Shown: positions 1 through 9,461 of the stretch, in pieces
Layout of the letters: each line of letters starts with the position of its first letter
Position numbering within the stretch: the first letter of the stretch is position 1
Assembly: GCA_934085585.1 (NCBI GenBank)
Contig: CAKOHI010000001.1
Coordinates: 8,549 to 72,548, forward strand
Direction: 5' to 3'
Source: an uncultured Bacilli bacterium
GTDB taxonomy: Bacteria > Bacillota_I > Bacilli_A > RF39 > UBA660
DNA: 64,000 nt
The notes under the pieces: model-generated
What the model saw: only the letters and a program-made list of their open reading frames with translations
What the model was told of the DNA's origin: nothing
Database searches by the model: none
Made by a program: the position numbers and the translations under genes

Positions 1-233
1 TGTAATCCACTTTGTAAAGGTCTTGCTGTTACTATGTTATTTATCATAATGGCATATGGCCTAGATGTAGAATCTTCATTTACTATTTTTAATTTTTTCG
101 TTTCGTTCGTATTTGTCTTGCTACCACTCGTGGACCTCTTATCTTCTTCCTCTTTTTTTCCACATCCAGTTATGGAAACACATGTTATTATAACAAGCAA
201 TACTGCAAATATTTTTGAGAATTTAGATTTCAT
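1..233 (-). CDS. lipoprotein, DUF3048/YerB-like, N-terminal part only (gene continues past window start)
   Basis: Not in the ORF track because it runs off the edge. ATG at 233 with GGAGG a few nt upstream. MKSKFSKIFAVLLVIITCVSITGCGKKEEE has a signal peptide plus lipobox. The later ...RPYAIMINNIVTARPLQSGL resembles DUF3048-family proteins. Confidence 0.55.
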   Translation of the reverse strand, partial: MKSKFSKIFAVLLVIITCVSITGCGKKEEEDKRSTSGSKTNTNETKKLKIVNEDSTSRPYAIMINNIVTARPLQSGL

Positions 234-238
234 TAAAA

Positions 239-667
239 CTACCTCCTTAATCTATTATCTCTTTCTAAATCCCTTTTCTTAATAGTTTCTCTTTTGTCAT
301 AAAGCTTTTTACCTTTTGCTATGCCAATTAGCACTTTGGCTTTGCCTTTTTTCAAATAAACTTTTAATGGGATTAGTGTATAACCATCACGACTAGTTAG
401 TTCTGATAACCTTTTTATTTCTTTTTTATGAAGTAATAGCTTTCTTTCACGAGTTGTTTCATGATTAAAAATACTTCCTTCATCATATTTATCAATGAAC
501 ATATTTATTATATATGCTTCATTTTTTTTAATTCTTATATAACTATCTGTTATATTGGCAGAACCTTTTTTTATAGATTTAATTTCAGTTCCTACGAGAA
601 CCATACCCGCTTCTATTTCAGATGAAACAAAATAGTTAAAATATGCTTTTTTATTTGCTATTTCCAT
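239..667 (-). CDS. smpB: SsrA-binding protein SmpB
   Basis: 142 aa with SmpB hallmarks (GTEIKSIKKG, RERKLLLHKKEI, KGKKLYDKRETIKKRD). Lies directly downstream of rnr, the usual Firmicute arrangement. Confidence 0.93.
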   Translation of the reverse strand: MEIANKKAYFNYFVSSEIEAGMVLVGTEIKSIKKGSANITDSYIRIKKNEAYIINMFIDKYDEGSIFNHETTRERKLLLHKKEIKRLSELTSRDGYTLIPLKVYLKKGKAKVLIGIAKGKKLYDKRETIKKRDLERDNRLRR

Positions 668-2765
668 CTGTTTCTCCTTTTACTAATTCAAAATCTATTA
701 TACCTTGATTTTTATTAGCATTGGTTACAACAATTCTTACTTTATCTCCGATACGATATTTTTTCCTTTTGTCATTACTTATTAATGATAATAGTTCAGG
801 AACATATGTGAAAAATCCATCCAGGGTACTTATATGAACAAGACCTTCGATTAAATTATTAAGTTCTACGAATAAACCAAAGTTGGTAACACCACTTATG
901 ATACCTTCATATTCTTCACCAATATGACTTTCCATATATTCAGCCATTTTCATATCAAGAACATCTCTTTCAGCTTCAATAGCATTAACTTCTGTTTCAC
1001 TAGAGTGATCAGCTACATCTATTAAATATTTTGCATTAAAATTGACAGTTTCTAAGTCAATTCTCTTTTCAAAAAGATATGTTCTTAAAAGTCTATGAAC
1101 TGTAAGGTCTGGAAATCTTCTTATCGGACTAGTAAAATGTGTATAATTTTTACTAGCTAGACCAAAATGTCCGATGTTATTTGTACTATAAATTGCTTTT
1201 TTCATACTGCGTAAAAGCATGTCAGAAAGAATTATAAATTCATCTTTATCACGTAATTCATTTAAAATACTTTGCATTGTTAATGGTGATATCTTTTTCA
1301 TATTAGTATGAATTTGATAACCCATTTGTTTAATTAAATTACTAAAATCTTCAATTTTTTCAGCGTTTGGTAAATCATGAACACGATAAATGAATGGTAA
1401 ATCCATATTACTTATGTGAGTTGCCACTGTTTCATTTGCAGCGATCATAAAGTCTTCGATAAGTTTTTCACCAGTTCCTTGAACTCTTTTTACTATATCA
1501 ATCGCTTTGCCATTTTCATCTTGAATTACTTTTGCTTCGTCAATACCAAAATCTATATAACCACGTAATGTTTTTTCTCTTCTTAAAATTTTGGATAGTT
1601 CGTGCATTAGTTTTAATGTGTCAACAAATTCTTCATATCCTTCAGGAACTTCATTTAAATCTAAAATCTTATTAACATTTTTGTAAGTCATTTGTTTTCT
1701 AGATTTAATAAATGATTGAAATATGTCGTAAGATTTTACTTTTCCAGATCCATCAATAGTCATTTCACAACTGATTGTTAATCTCACTACTTCTGGATTT
1801 AAGGAACAAATACCATTTGATAATTGATGAGGAATCATTGGAATAACAGTATCTGCTAAATAACTTGATGTTCCTCGGGAAAAGGCACTTTCATATAATT
1901 CTGTTCCAACTTTTACATAATATGATACATCTGCAATATGAACACCAAGGTGATAATTGTTACCATCAAAACTTACACTTATGGCATCGTCAATATCTTT
2001 AGTATCATCTCCATCTATTGTAAATATCATTTCATTTGTTAAATCTTTACGACCAATTAAATCATTTTCACAAACTTCATCAGGTATGTTTTTAAGTTCT
2101 TGTTTTACTGCTTCGCTAAATTCTGTTTCGATACAGTGTTTAGCTGCAATTGTTAAAATGTCAACTCCAGGATCATTTTTATGCCCAATTATTTTTTCTA
2201 CTTTACCTAAAAATGTTCTATTTCCAATTTCTTTAATAATTGAAACTATTACTTTATGTCCTTCAACACAGCCTTTCATGCTTTCTTTAGTAAGTTTAAC
2301 AGCGATATTTAATTTTTCATCATCAGGCCTAAAAACTAATGTTTTTTTATCTTTTACCATTTCCCCAACAACTGTTTTTAAATCTCTTTTTAATATATTT
2401 CTTATATATCCTTCTGGTTCTGGATCATTAAGTCTAGTTTTAATTTCTACTTCAACAAAATCTCCGTTTATAGCTCCGTTTAAATCATTACTATGAACAA
2501 ATATATCTTCTGGTTCACATTCTACAAAACCATTGCCACTTTTATTAATTTTTAATTTTCCTACTTTTAATGATTTTGTATTATTTAGTAACATATATTC
2601 TCTATTTTTTGACATATGCAAAACACCTTCACTAACTAATTCGTGAAGGGTATTTTCTAACTCATTTACCCCATTTAAATCTGTTAAATGAAGTTTATTA
2701 TTTATTTCATTTATACTTTGGCCTTTTGTTTCGTCTTTTAATACTTCTACAATTTTTTCCTTCAT
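651..2765 (-). CDS. rnr: ribonuclease R
   Basis: Track ORF is 651..2792. RNB catalytic motifs (DGDDTKDIDDAISV, HFGLA...YTHFTSPIRRFPDL) and a C-terminal S1 domain. I prefer the ATG at 2765 (MKEKIVEV, GAAGGA upstream) because it removes the overlap with the upstream gene. Confidence 0.92.
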   Translation of the reverse strand: MKEKIVEVLKDETKGQSINEINNKLHLTDLNGVNELENTLHELVSEGVLHMSKNREYMLLNNTKSLKVGKLKINKSGNGFVECEPEDIFVHSNDLNGAINGDFVEVEIKTRLNDPEPEGYIRNILKRDLKTVVGEMVKDKKTLVFRPDDEKLNIAVKLTKESMKGCVEGHKVIVSIIKEIGNRTFLGKVEKIIGHKNDPGVDILTIAAKHCIETEFSEAVKQELKNIPDEVCENDLIGRKDLTNEMIFTIDGDDTKDIDDAISVSFDGNNYHLGVHIADVSYYVKVGTELYESAFSRGTSSYLADTVIPMIPHQLSNGICSLNPEVVRLTISCEMTIDGSGKVKSYDIFQSFIKSRKQMTYKNVNKILDLNEVPEGYEEFVDTLKLMHELSKILRREKTLRGYIDFGIDEAKVIQDENGKAIDIVKRVQGTGEKLIEDFMIAANETVATHISNMDLPFIYRVHDLPNAEKIEDFSNLIKQMGYQIHTNMKKISPLTMQSILNELRDKDEFIILSDMLLRSMKKAIYSTNNIGHFGLASKNYTHFTSPIRRFPDLTVHRLLRTYLFEKRIDLETVNFNAKYLIDVADHSSETEVNAIEAERDVLDMKMAEYMESHIGEEYEGIISGVTNFGLFVELNNLIEGLVHISTLDGFFTYVPELLSLISNDKRKKYRIGDKVRIVVTNANKNQGIIDFELVKGETDGNSK

Positions 2766-2770
2766 ATTTT

Positions 2771-3136
2771 CTATCCTTCTTTGTGTGTACATATCATTTT
2801 ATTATCTTTCCAAGATATTTCTATATAGCTCTTTGTATCATCACTAATTTTTTTCTTCGTCAAAGGATTTTTTAAATCTTTGTTAATATAACCTCGATCA
2901 ATTAATTTTTCGTATTTTACTTTACATAAATACTCGAACCCATTGCAAATTTCTTCGGTATAGTTTTCATCTTTAGCTAATTGGCAAGCATAATTTTCTA
3001 ATTTTTTATGATATTCATCCATTTGTTTTGATTTTATACCACCAAAAATCAGAATAATTGCCAAGAAAATTGTAATGGCTATAATTAATATTAGTAATAT
3101 TGTTAACACCCTTTTTTTATTCTTCATAATTATCAC
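2771..3136 (-). CDS. small membrane-anchored protein, pilin-like C-terminal pattern
   Basis: N-terminal TM helix (VLTILLILIIAITIFLAIILIFGG) and Cys-containing globular part. ...GYINKDLKNPLTKKKISDD parallels ...GLISKNLKNPSSNKLVTED of the adjacent prepilin. The track start is GTG; the ATG at 3127 is an alternative. Confidence 0.5.
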   Translation of the reverse strand: MIIMKNKKRVLTILLILIIAITIFLAIILIFGGIKSKQMDEYHKKLENYACQLAKDENYTEEICNGFEYLCKVKYEKLIDRGYINKDLKNPLTKKKISDDTKSYIEISWKDNKMICTHKEG

Positions 3137-3164
3137 ATATAAAGTATAACATATTTATTCTTAT

Positions 3165-3521
3165 TTAACTAGTCTTTATTTTACAACTTTTTTCATTATT
3201 AGCTAAAGAAAAGTTAATTTCCACACCTTTTATATCGGTATCTTCTGTTACTAACTTGTTACTTGATGGATTTTTTAAATTTTTACTAATTAATCCAGCG
3301 GTTAATAAAGTATCAATATTTACTATTTTAGATTCATTAAGATTATTTATTTCTGCATAAACACATGCGGCTTTTTCAATTGTTTCATAATAATCTTTTA
3401 ATTTTTTATCATCTTCATTTTTAAATACCTTACTCATGCTTACTCCGACTGTTACAGATATTGCTGCAACTAGGGCGATAACTACTAAAATTTCAATTAA
3501 TGTAAATCCTTTTTTTTCCAT
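3165..3521 (-). CDS. prepilin-type N-terminal cleavage/methylation domain protein (type IV pilin or pseudopilin-like)
   Basis: Start moved to the ATG at 3521, which has AAGGAGAAG upstream. MEKKGFTLIEILVVIALVAAISV is the canonical class III signal (G|FTLIE plus hydrophobic helix). Confidence 0.75.
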   Translation of the reverse strand: MEKKGFTLIEILVVIALVAAISVTVGVSMSKVFKNEDDKKLKDYYETIEKAACVYAEINNLNESKIVNIDTLLTAGLISKNLKNPSSNKLVTEDTDIKGVEINFSLANNEKSCKIKTS

Positions 3522-3683
3522 TTTCTTCTCCTTAATATTTTCTAAATAAATTATACTATATAAATTTATAAATTGCATTATTTTTAATAAATTTAAAAGA
3601 AGCATTATTTTTGCTTCTTACTAATTATGTTAGACTTTCAACTTCACCATTGTTTTCATATTTATAAATGTTAAAATAAAAAC

Positions 3684-4726
3684 TGATAAAATTGGTTCTT
3701 CGAAATCTGGTGGGGAGTAAAAATTGAATAAAGTCAATTAAAACCTAAATATAACAAGTATTTTAACCATTCATTTTAAAATGCTTGTTTTTTATTGCTG
3801 ATACACCTTTATTTTTATATTTTTTTAATTCTTACTTTTTTAGTTTTTTTAATCTTTTCATATTTTTATTATTTAAAATATATAATAATCTAAGTCTAAA
3901 AAAAACAAAATCTTTATATCCAAATCCTACTCTTTTAATCACTTTTATTTTATTATTTAATCCGTCTGTAAATCCGTTTGAAAATCTTTTATTAATTACA
4001 TATATATTCTAACCAATTTTCTATTGTATTTGCTGCCTCGTTCATTTCTTCTATGTTTTGTTCTCTTACTAAAGCTATCCAGTTAATTAATTGATTTTTT
4101 ATATTCTCATATGTAGCGTGATGTGTTATGTCTAGAAACAATTCTTTTAATTGATATGACATTTTTAATTCTTCATCAATATCAAGCATACTTTCTCTTA
4201 AGCTAACGTTCTTTTTATTCTTTAAGTATTCTATATTCTTTACTATTATAACCATAATTATCTTGCAACCTAATTCTGACTTTATCTAGCGCATCCATTA
4301 TATATCTGGTATAATGAAATGGGTCAACCGCATACTTTGCTTTGGGAAACATTATTGTGGTGACTATTCGGTATGATTCATACATTTCTGATATGACATA
4401 CTCAACTGAATGCCTATTTTCACAATATGTAAAATATTGTATTAGGTATTCTTTTTTTCTATTTGAAAGTACATCCAACGTTTTTTATGTATTGGGTCAT
4501 TTAATACAAATGCATATTTTCCTTCTTTTGTATCTGCTTTAAATTCATCAAATGATATAACTCCTTCATCTAACCCCATGATTTTTCTTAGCTCAATCAC
4601 TAAAAAATTTCACCTCTTTCTATATTCATTATCACATATAAAAAGAGATGATTAAATACTTTCATCATCTCCCCATCAGTTTTCGAAGTTTTTCTATAAA
4701 AACTCCCCACTACTTTTCGAAGAGCC
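3684..4726 (-). mobile_element. degraded ISL3-family insertion sequence (internally deleted, about 1.04 kb)
   Basis: Imperfect terminal inverted repeats: ggttcttcgaaatctggtggggagt from 3684, and the reverse complement of the right end, ggctcttcgaaaagtagtggggagt, ending at 4726. Flanked by near-identical direct repeats gataaaatt (3675-3683) and gataaatt (4727-4734), a likely target duplication. Transposase remnants lie inside. Confidence 0.7.
3832..4600 (-). pseudogene. ISL3-family transposase pseudogene (N-terminal third missing, at least 3 frame breaks)
   Basis: Pieces in three frames: ...GVISFDEFKADTKEGKYAFVLND..., ...MFPKAKYAVDPFHYTRYIMDALDKVR..., ...NWLEYICN, and ...FSNGFTDGLNNKIKVIKRVGFGYKDF.... 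These are typical ISL3 DDE-transposase blocks. The zinc-finger/HTH N-terminus is absent. Confidence 0.7.
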
Positions 4727-4770
4727 GATAAATTAGTATTATCATCTCCTTAATAGAATTTGAAAAGTTA

Positions 4771-4989
4771 TTATTTTAAGAATAATATTAAAGATATAAC
4801 AAAGAATAATATTCCTAGTATCATTGTAATTCTTGTTATTACTAGTTCTAGTCCTCTTTCTTTTTGGTGCATAAACAAATTATCATTTCCACCAGTTATT
4901 ATTCCACCGGCATCACTAGCTTTGTTCCCTTGTAAAAGAACTATAGCTATAAGTAATACAGATATTATAAGTAATATATTTTCTAACAT
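4771..4989 (-). CDS. secG: preprotein translocase subunit SecG
   Basis: 72 aa with two TM helices joined by a Gly-rich loop (LLQGNKASDAGGIITGG). Typical SecG size and layout. Confidence 0.8.
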   Translation of the reverse strand: MLENILLIISVLLIAIVLLQGNKASDAGGIITGGNDNLFMHQKERGLELVITRITMILGILFFVISLILFLK

Positions 4990-5044
4990 TTTAACACATC
5001 CGTTTCATTAATAATCTATCACAAGTTTATGAACTTTGCAATAA

Positions 5045-6979
5045 TTATTTATCTTCTTCCTTTGTTTTTCTAGTTTTTTTCTTTGTTTCTTTGACTTCTT
5101 CAGTTTTTTCTTCCTTTTCGATTTCATCGATTGGTTTTATTTCTCCAGTTTCTACGATTGATTCAATTTGTTCTTTTGTGATTGTTTCATATTTCATTAG
5201 TGCATCGCTTAATGCAAATATTAAATCTTTATTATCACCGATAATTTTTTTAGCTTTTTCATAACAATCTTCGATTATCTTACGAACTTGTTCATCTATT
5301 TCTAAAGCTACTTGATCTGAGAAGTCTCTTGATTTTGCATAATCTCTTCCTAGGAAGACATTTTCACTCTTTTCTTCATATTGAACTGGGCCTAAGTCAC
5401 TCATTCCGTATTCAGTTACCATACTTCTTGCAATACGTGTTGCTTTTTTGAAGTCATCGCTAGCTCCGGTTGAAATTTCATTTAAGAACATTTCTTCACT
5501 TACACGTCCACCAAGTAGACCTGTGATTTGAGCAAGTAGTTCATCTTTAGTCATAACGGCAATTTTTTCTTCTTTTGGAAGCATCATTGTATATCCACCT
5601 GCCATACCACGTGGTATGATTGTAATTTTATGAACTTCTTGAGCATCTTCTAGTTTAATACCAATAACAGCATGTCCGGCTTCATGAATTGAAACAAGTT
5701 TCTTTTCTTTATCTGTTATTTTTCTAGTTGTTTTAGCCGGCCCAAGTAAAACTCTGTCTGTTGCCTCATCTATTTCATCCATCGTAATAGCATTTTTGTT
5801 ACGACGAACTGTTAATAATGCAGCTTCATTTAGTAAGTTTTCTAGATCAGCTCCAGAAAATCCTGGTGTACGTAAACTTAAATTATTTAAATTAACGTCT
5901 TTTCCTAATGTTTTATTTTTAGCATGAACTTTTAAAATTTGTTCACGTTCATTAGCATCTGGAAGACTAACTGTTACTTGTCTATCAAAACGTCCTGGAC
6001 GAAGTAATGCTGGATCTAATACATCTGGTCTATTTGTAGCAGCTATAATTATAATTCCTTCATTTTCTCCGAAACCGTCCATTTCAGTTAATAATTGGTT
6101 AAGTGTTTGTTCTCTTTCATCATGTCCACCACCAAGGCCTGTTCCTCTTTGACGGCCTACAGCATCAATTTCATCTATAAAAATTAGGCATGGAGCATTT
6201 CTTTTAGCTTCTTTGAACATATCACGTACACGAGAAGCTCCGACACCTACGAATAATTCTACGAAATCTGAACCACTTATAAAGAAGAATGGTACATTAG
6301 CTTCTCCAGCAATTGCTTTTGCAAGTAACGTTTTACCTGTTCCTGGAGGGCCTACTAATAAAACCCCTTTAGGAATTCTAGCACCCATTTTTTCAAACTT
6401 TTTAGGATTCTTTAAGAAATCTATTAATTCTTCAACTTCTTCTTTTTCTTCTTTTAAACCAGCTACATCTTTGAAACTCTTTTTGTCATTGTCATTGCTT
6501 AAACGAGCTTTACTTTTTCCAAAATCCATGGAATTCTTATTTGAATTAGCTAGTTTAGTAAATAAAATGTACATAACCACTACCATCAAAACTAATGGCA
6601 ATACATTTACTAGTATATATAAGAAAACACTTTCTCCTGGATCTGAATTTGTATCATATTCTTTTACTTCATTTGTTTTAATTAATGCTAAAACTGTATC
6701 AAGTTCACTTCCAACAACTTTAGATTCAAAACTTTCAGTTTTCTTGTAACCATCTAATTTACCTGTGATTACATAAATACTTTCATTACTTTTCGGAGTT
6801 ACAGTTACTTCGGTTACATTATTTTCTTTTAGTTCTGTTATTAACTCTCCGGTTTTTAATTCATGAACTTTTGTACCTTGCATATTTAAGGCAAATAACA
6901 CTAGTGCTATTACACCTGCTAAAACTAAATATGGTAAAAGGTTTTTAAAATTGTCATTTTTATTTGTTTTTACATTCAT
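5045..6979 (-). CDS. ftsH: ATP-dependent zinc metalloprotease FtsH
   Basis: Two N-terminal TM helices, AAA+ Walker A GPPGTGKT, second region of homology, and HEAGHA zinc motif. 644 aa. Confidence 0.96.
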   Translation of the reverse strand: MNVKTNKNDNFKNLLPYLVLAGVIALVLFALNMQGTKVHELKTGELITELKENNVTEVTVTPKSNESIYVITGKLDGYKKTESFESKVVGSELDTVLALIKTNEVKEYDTNSDPGESVFLYILVNVLPLVLMVVVMYILFTKLANSNKNSMDFGKSKARLSNDNDKKSFKDVAGLKEEKEEVEELIDFLKNPKKFEKMGARIPKGVLLVGPPGTGKTLLAKAIAGEANVPFFFISGSDFVELFVGVGASRVRDMFKEAKRNAPCLIFIDEIDAVGRQRGTGLGGGHDEREQTLNQLLTEMDGFGENEGIIIIAATNRPDVLDPALLRPGRFDRQVTVSLPDANEREQILKVHAKNKTLGKDVNLNNLSLRTPGFSGADLENLLNEAALLTVRRNKNAITMDEIDEATDRVLLGPAKTTRKITDKEKKLVSIHEAGHAVIGIKLEDAQEVHKITIIPRGMAGGYTMMLPKEEKIAVMTKDELLAQITGLLGGRVSEEMFLNEISTGASDDFKKATRIARSMVTEYGMSDLGPVQYEEKSENVFLGRDYAKSRDFSDQVALEIDEQVRKIIEDCYEKAKKIIGDNKDLIFALSDALMKYETITKEQIESIVETGEIKPIDEIEKEEKTEEVKETKKKTRKTKEEDK

Positions 6980-6988
6980 TTATTAATT

Positions 6989-8296
6989 TCACCTTGCCTT
7001 ACATCTAATTATTATATCATATTTTTCTGATTTGTCTTTAGAAAATTGTGATTTTTTTATATTTGGTACCCATAAAACTGTATTATTGGTGTCAACTAGA
7101 AGTGGATATGTACTTCTTTTGTCTTTAGGTACTTTACTATTTATAAAAATATCACTAATTTTTTTGCTTCCATTTAGGTTTTTTACAATCATTTTATCTC
7201 CGGGCATCATCGCTCTTAACTTTAATGGTAATTTAATTTCTTTACTATTTAATAAAATACATGAATTTGAATTATCTATATCTTTATTATTATAGTAAAA
7301 TTTAAAATCATCTAGAACAATGTCTTTATCTAAAATTATTTCTTCAAATATTTCTGTCTTTTTTTTCTTTAAATAAATATTGCCATAACTGTTAATACCT
7401 TGATAGTTATTATTTAAATCTATAGTCTTATTATTTTGTTTATAAAGTTTTAATAAATTATTCATTTGTTCATCAGATATATCAAAATAATCATAGTTTT
7501 GAACCTTTTTTACTAAAACTTCAAGACACTTTCTTTTAATAAATAAGCTTTCATTTTTTAAATTGTTAATAACTATCTTGTTATCCACAATAAAATTATT
7601 ATTACTAATATAAGTATTAACAAAATTATCATATTCTATTAACTCTTTAGAAAATTTTAAATATTTTTCATGCACTTTTGGATTTTCTTTTTTTAAAAAA
7701 GGTAATATTATATGTCTATATCGATTCCTTGTATGCTCTAGTTCTTCATTTGTTTTATCGATAGCATATAAAACGTTTTCATTATTTAGATAATTCATTA
7801 TATCTTTTTTTGTAACATACAAAAGTGGCCTTAATATTTTTTCATTATTATATATAGCTATTTCTTTAATTCCTATATAACCATTTAGGTTGCTTCCCCT
7901 GGTTAATCTCATTAGAATTGTTTCAATTAAATCATCTCCATGGTGTGCTGTTAATAAAATGTTAGTATTATATTTTGTTAACAGTTCAGAAAAGAAATTA
8001 TATCTTCTTTTTCGAGCATCACTTTCTGTAAAATTCGATGTTAAGTACTCATTTATTTCTAATAATTCAAAGTTCAAATTATTTTTTTGGGCATATTCTT
8101 TAACCATGACTTCCTCAGAATCACTTTCTTTACGTAACTTATGATTAACATGGGCAACAACTATTTTTAAATTTAATTCCTCTTTTAATTTTGTTAATAA
8201 GTCTAAAAGACACATAGAGTCTGGGCCACCACTACAAGCTACAACTACAGTTTCATTTCTTAAATTATTTTTTAAAAATTCAATAACCTTTTTCAT
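6989..8296 (-). CDS. tilS: tRNA(Ile)-lysidine synthase
   Basis: N-terminal PP-loop ACSGGPDS and a 435-aa TilS-like architecture. Sits immediately upstream of ftsH as in many Firmicutes (no hpt between them here). Confidence 0.88.
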   Translation of the reverse strand: MKKVIEFLKNNLRNETVVVACSGGPDSMCLLDLLTKLKEELNLKIVVAHVNHKLRKESDSEEVMVKEYAQKNNLNFELLEINEYLTSNFTESDARKRRYNFFSELLTKYNTNILLTAHHGDDLIETILMRLTRGSNLNGYIGIKEIAIYNNEKILRPLLYVTKKDIMNYLNNENVLYAIDKTNEELEHTRNRYRHIILPFLKKENPKVHEKYLKFSKELIEYDNFVNTYISNNNFIVDNKIVINNLKNESLFIKRKCLEVLVKKVQNYDYFDISDEQMNNLLKLYKQNNKTIDLNNNYQGINSYGNIYLKKKKTEIFEEIILDKDIVLDDFKFYYNNKDIDNSNSCILLNSKEIKLPLKLRAMMPGDKMIVKNLNGSKKISDIFINSKVPKDKRSTYPLLVDTNNTVLWVPNIKKSQFSKDKSEKYDIIIRCKAR

Positions 8297-9376
8297 CGTA
8301 ACTCCTTTAAATTATATACTAGCATTTCTTTAATATTTCCATCAAGTATTTTTTCTGGTTCATTACTTTGATAATTACTTCGATGATCTTTAACCATTTT
8401 ATAAGGTTCTAATATATAACTTCTTATTTGACTTCCAAAATTTATACTTGAAGCTTCACCTTTTATAGCATTAATTCTTGCTTCTTCCTTTTCTAATTCT
8501 ATCATGTATAATTTATTTTTTAATATTTTCATTGCTTGATCTTTGTTATTTAATTGACTTCTTTCATTTTGACAAGTTACCACAGTTTTTGTTGGTAAAT
8601 GTGTTATACGTACTGCACTATTGCTGGTATTTACTGATTGTCCTCCGGCCCCGCTTGAATGATATACATCAATTTTTAAATCTTCTTCTTTAATGTCAAT
8701 ATTAATTTCTTTTTTTATTTCAGGCATAATGCTTACAGATGCAAAGGATGTATGACGTCTTGCACCAGAATCAAAGGGAGATATCCTAACTAAACGATGA
8801 ACCCCATTTTCTTTTTTTAAGTACCCATATGCAAAGTCTCCATTTATTTTTAGAGTAATACTTTTTATTCCAGCTTCTTCACCTTTTTGTTCATCTATAA
8901 CTTCCCATTTATATCCTTCTTTTTCACAAAACCTTTCATACATTCTAGCAAGCATACTTGCCCAATCACAAGATTCTGTTCCTCCGGCTCCAGGATGAAT
9001 TTCTAAATAAGCATTTAAAATGTCAAATTCTCCACTTAAAGTAACAGTTGTTTCTAATTCACTTATTTCTTCATTTAATGTTATTAACTCATCACTTATC
9101 AACATTAAAATTTCATTTTCATCAGTTGTTAATAATTCTAAACTATCATTAATTTTTGTTGTTAAGTTATTGTATAATGCTACTTCTTTTTTTAAGTTTG
9201 CTAAATTTTTGTTAATTTCGTTGGCTTTATCAATATTTTGCCAAAAATTTTCTTTTTTTTGTTCTTCTTCAAGAGATTTTATTTGTGCTTCTTTTTTTGA
9301 TAAGTCAAAGATACCTCCCTAAAGATGTTAGTTTTTCTTTATATTCTTTTAATTTTGTTAATAGTTCTTCTTTCAT
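8293..9376 (-). CDS. prfB: peptide chain release factor 2, requires programmed +1 ribosomal frameshift
   Basis: The track shows only 8293..9105. The ATG at 9376 opens MKEELLTKLKEYKEKLTSLGRYL followed by TGA. After a +1 shift the frame continues DLSKKEAQIKSLEEEQ... into the track ORF. SPF and GGQ motifs are present (RISPFDS, HSSGAGGQSVN). Confidence 0.92.
9304..9325 (-). promoter_or_regulatory. prfB +1 frameshift site (internal SD-like GGGAGG, spacer, CTT TGA C)
   Basis: The minus strand reads TTA GGG AGG TAT CTT TGA C. This is the canonical autoregulatory RF2 recoding signal. Confidence 0.9.
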
Positions 9377-9435
9377 AGAATTTTCCTTTCGAACCTTATT
9401 TTATCATAAAATTTATTAAAAAACTAGTATATTAA

Positions 9436-9456
9436 AACCCAGCAAATTACTGGGCT
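9436..9456 (-). terminator. intrinsic terminator after the 592-aa surface protein gene
   Basis: cccag-N7-ctggg hairpin followed on the minus strand by TTTTAAT. Located between the gene's stop (9462) and the prfB start. Confidence 0.5.
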
Positions 9457-9461
9457 ATATT

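Noticed and set aside
1-240. Expected tmRNA (ssrA) gene next to smpB
   Set aside because: The sequence downstream of smpB is occupied by a lipoprotein CDS. No tRNA-like acceptor or T-arm, and no tag reading frame, was seen in the window.
34-282. 82-aa plus-strand ORF at the window start
   Set aside because: It lies antisense to a minus-strand lipoprotein gene with a clear RBS, signal peptide and lipobox (1..233), and to the smpB 3' end. It has no RBS and a low-complexity Phe/Leu/Ser composition typical of shadow frames in AT-rich DNA.
1957-2496. Long plus-strand ORFs inside minus-strand genes (1957..2496, 6213..6749, 7032..7295, 7890..8144, 10024..10353, 10945..11412, 12009..12236, 13995..14264, 21790..22038, 22568..23152, 29384..29782, 29979..30302, 42063..42407, 53470..53814, 58164..58689, 59899..60249 and others)
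   Set aside because: All are antisense to confidently identified genes such as rnr, ftsH, tilS, the surface proteins and argS. They lack RBSs and encode Ser/Leu/Phe-rich low-complexity sequences, which are mirror-frame artefacts.
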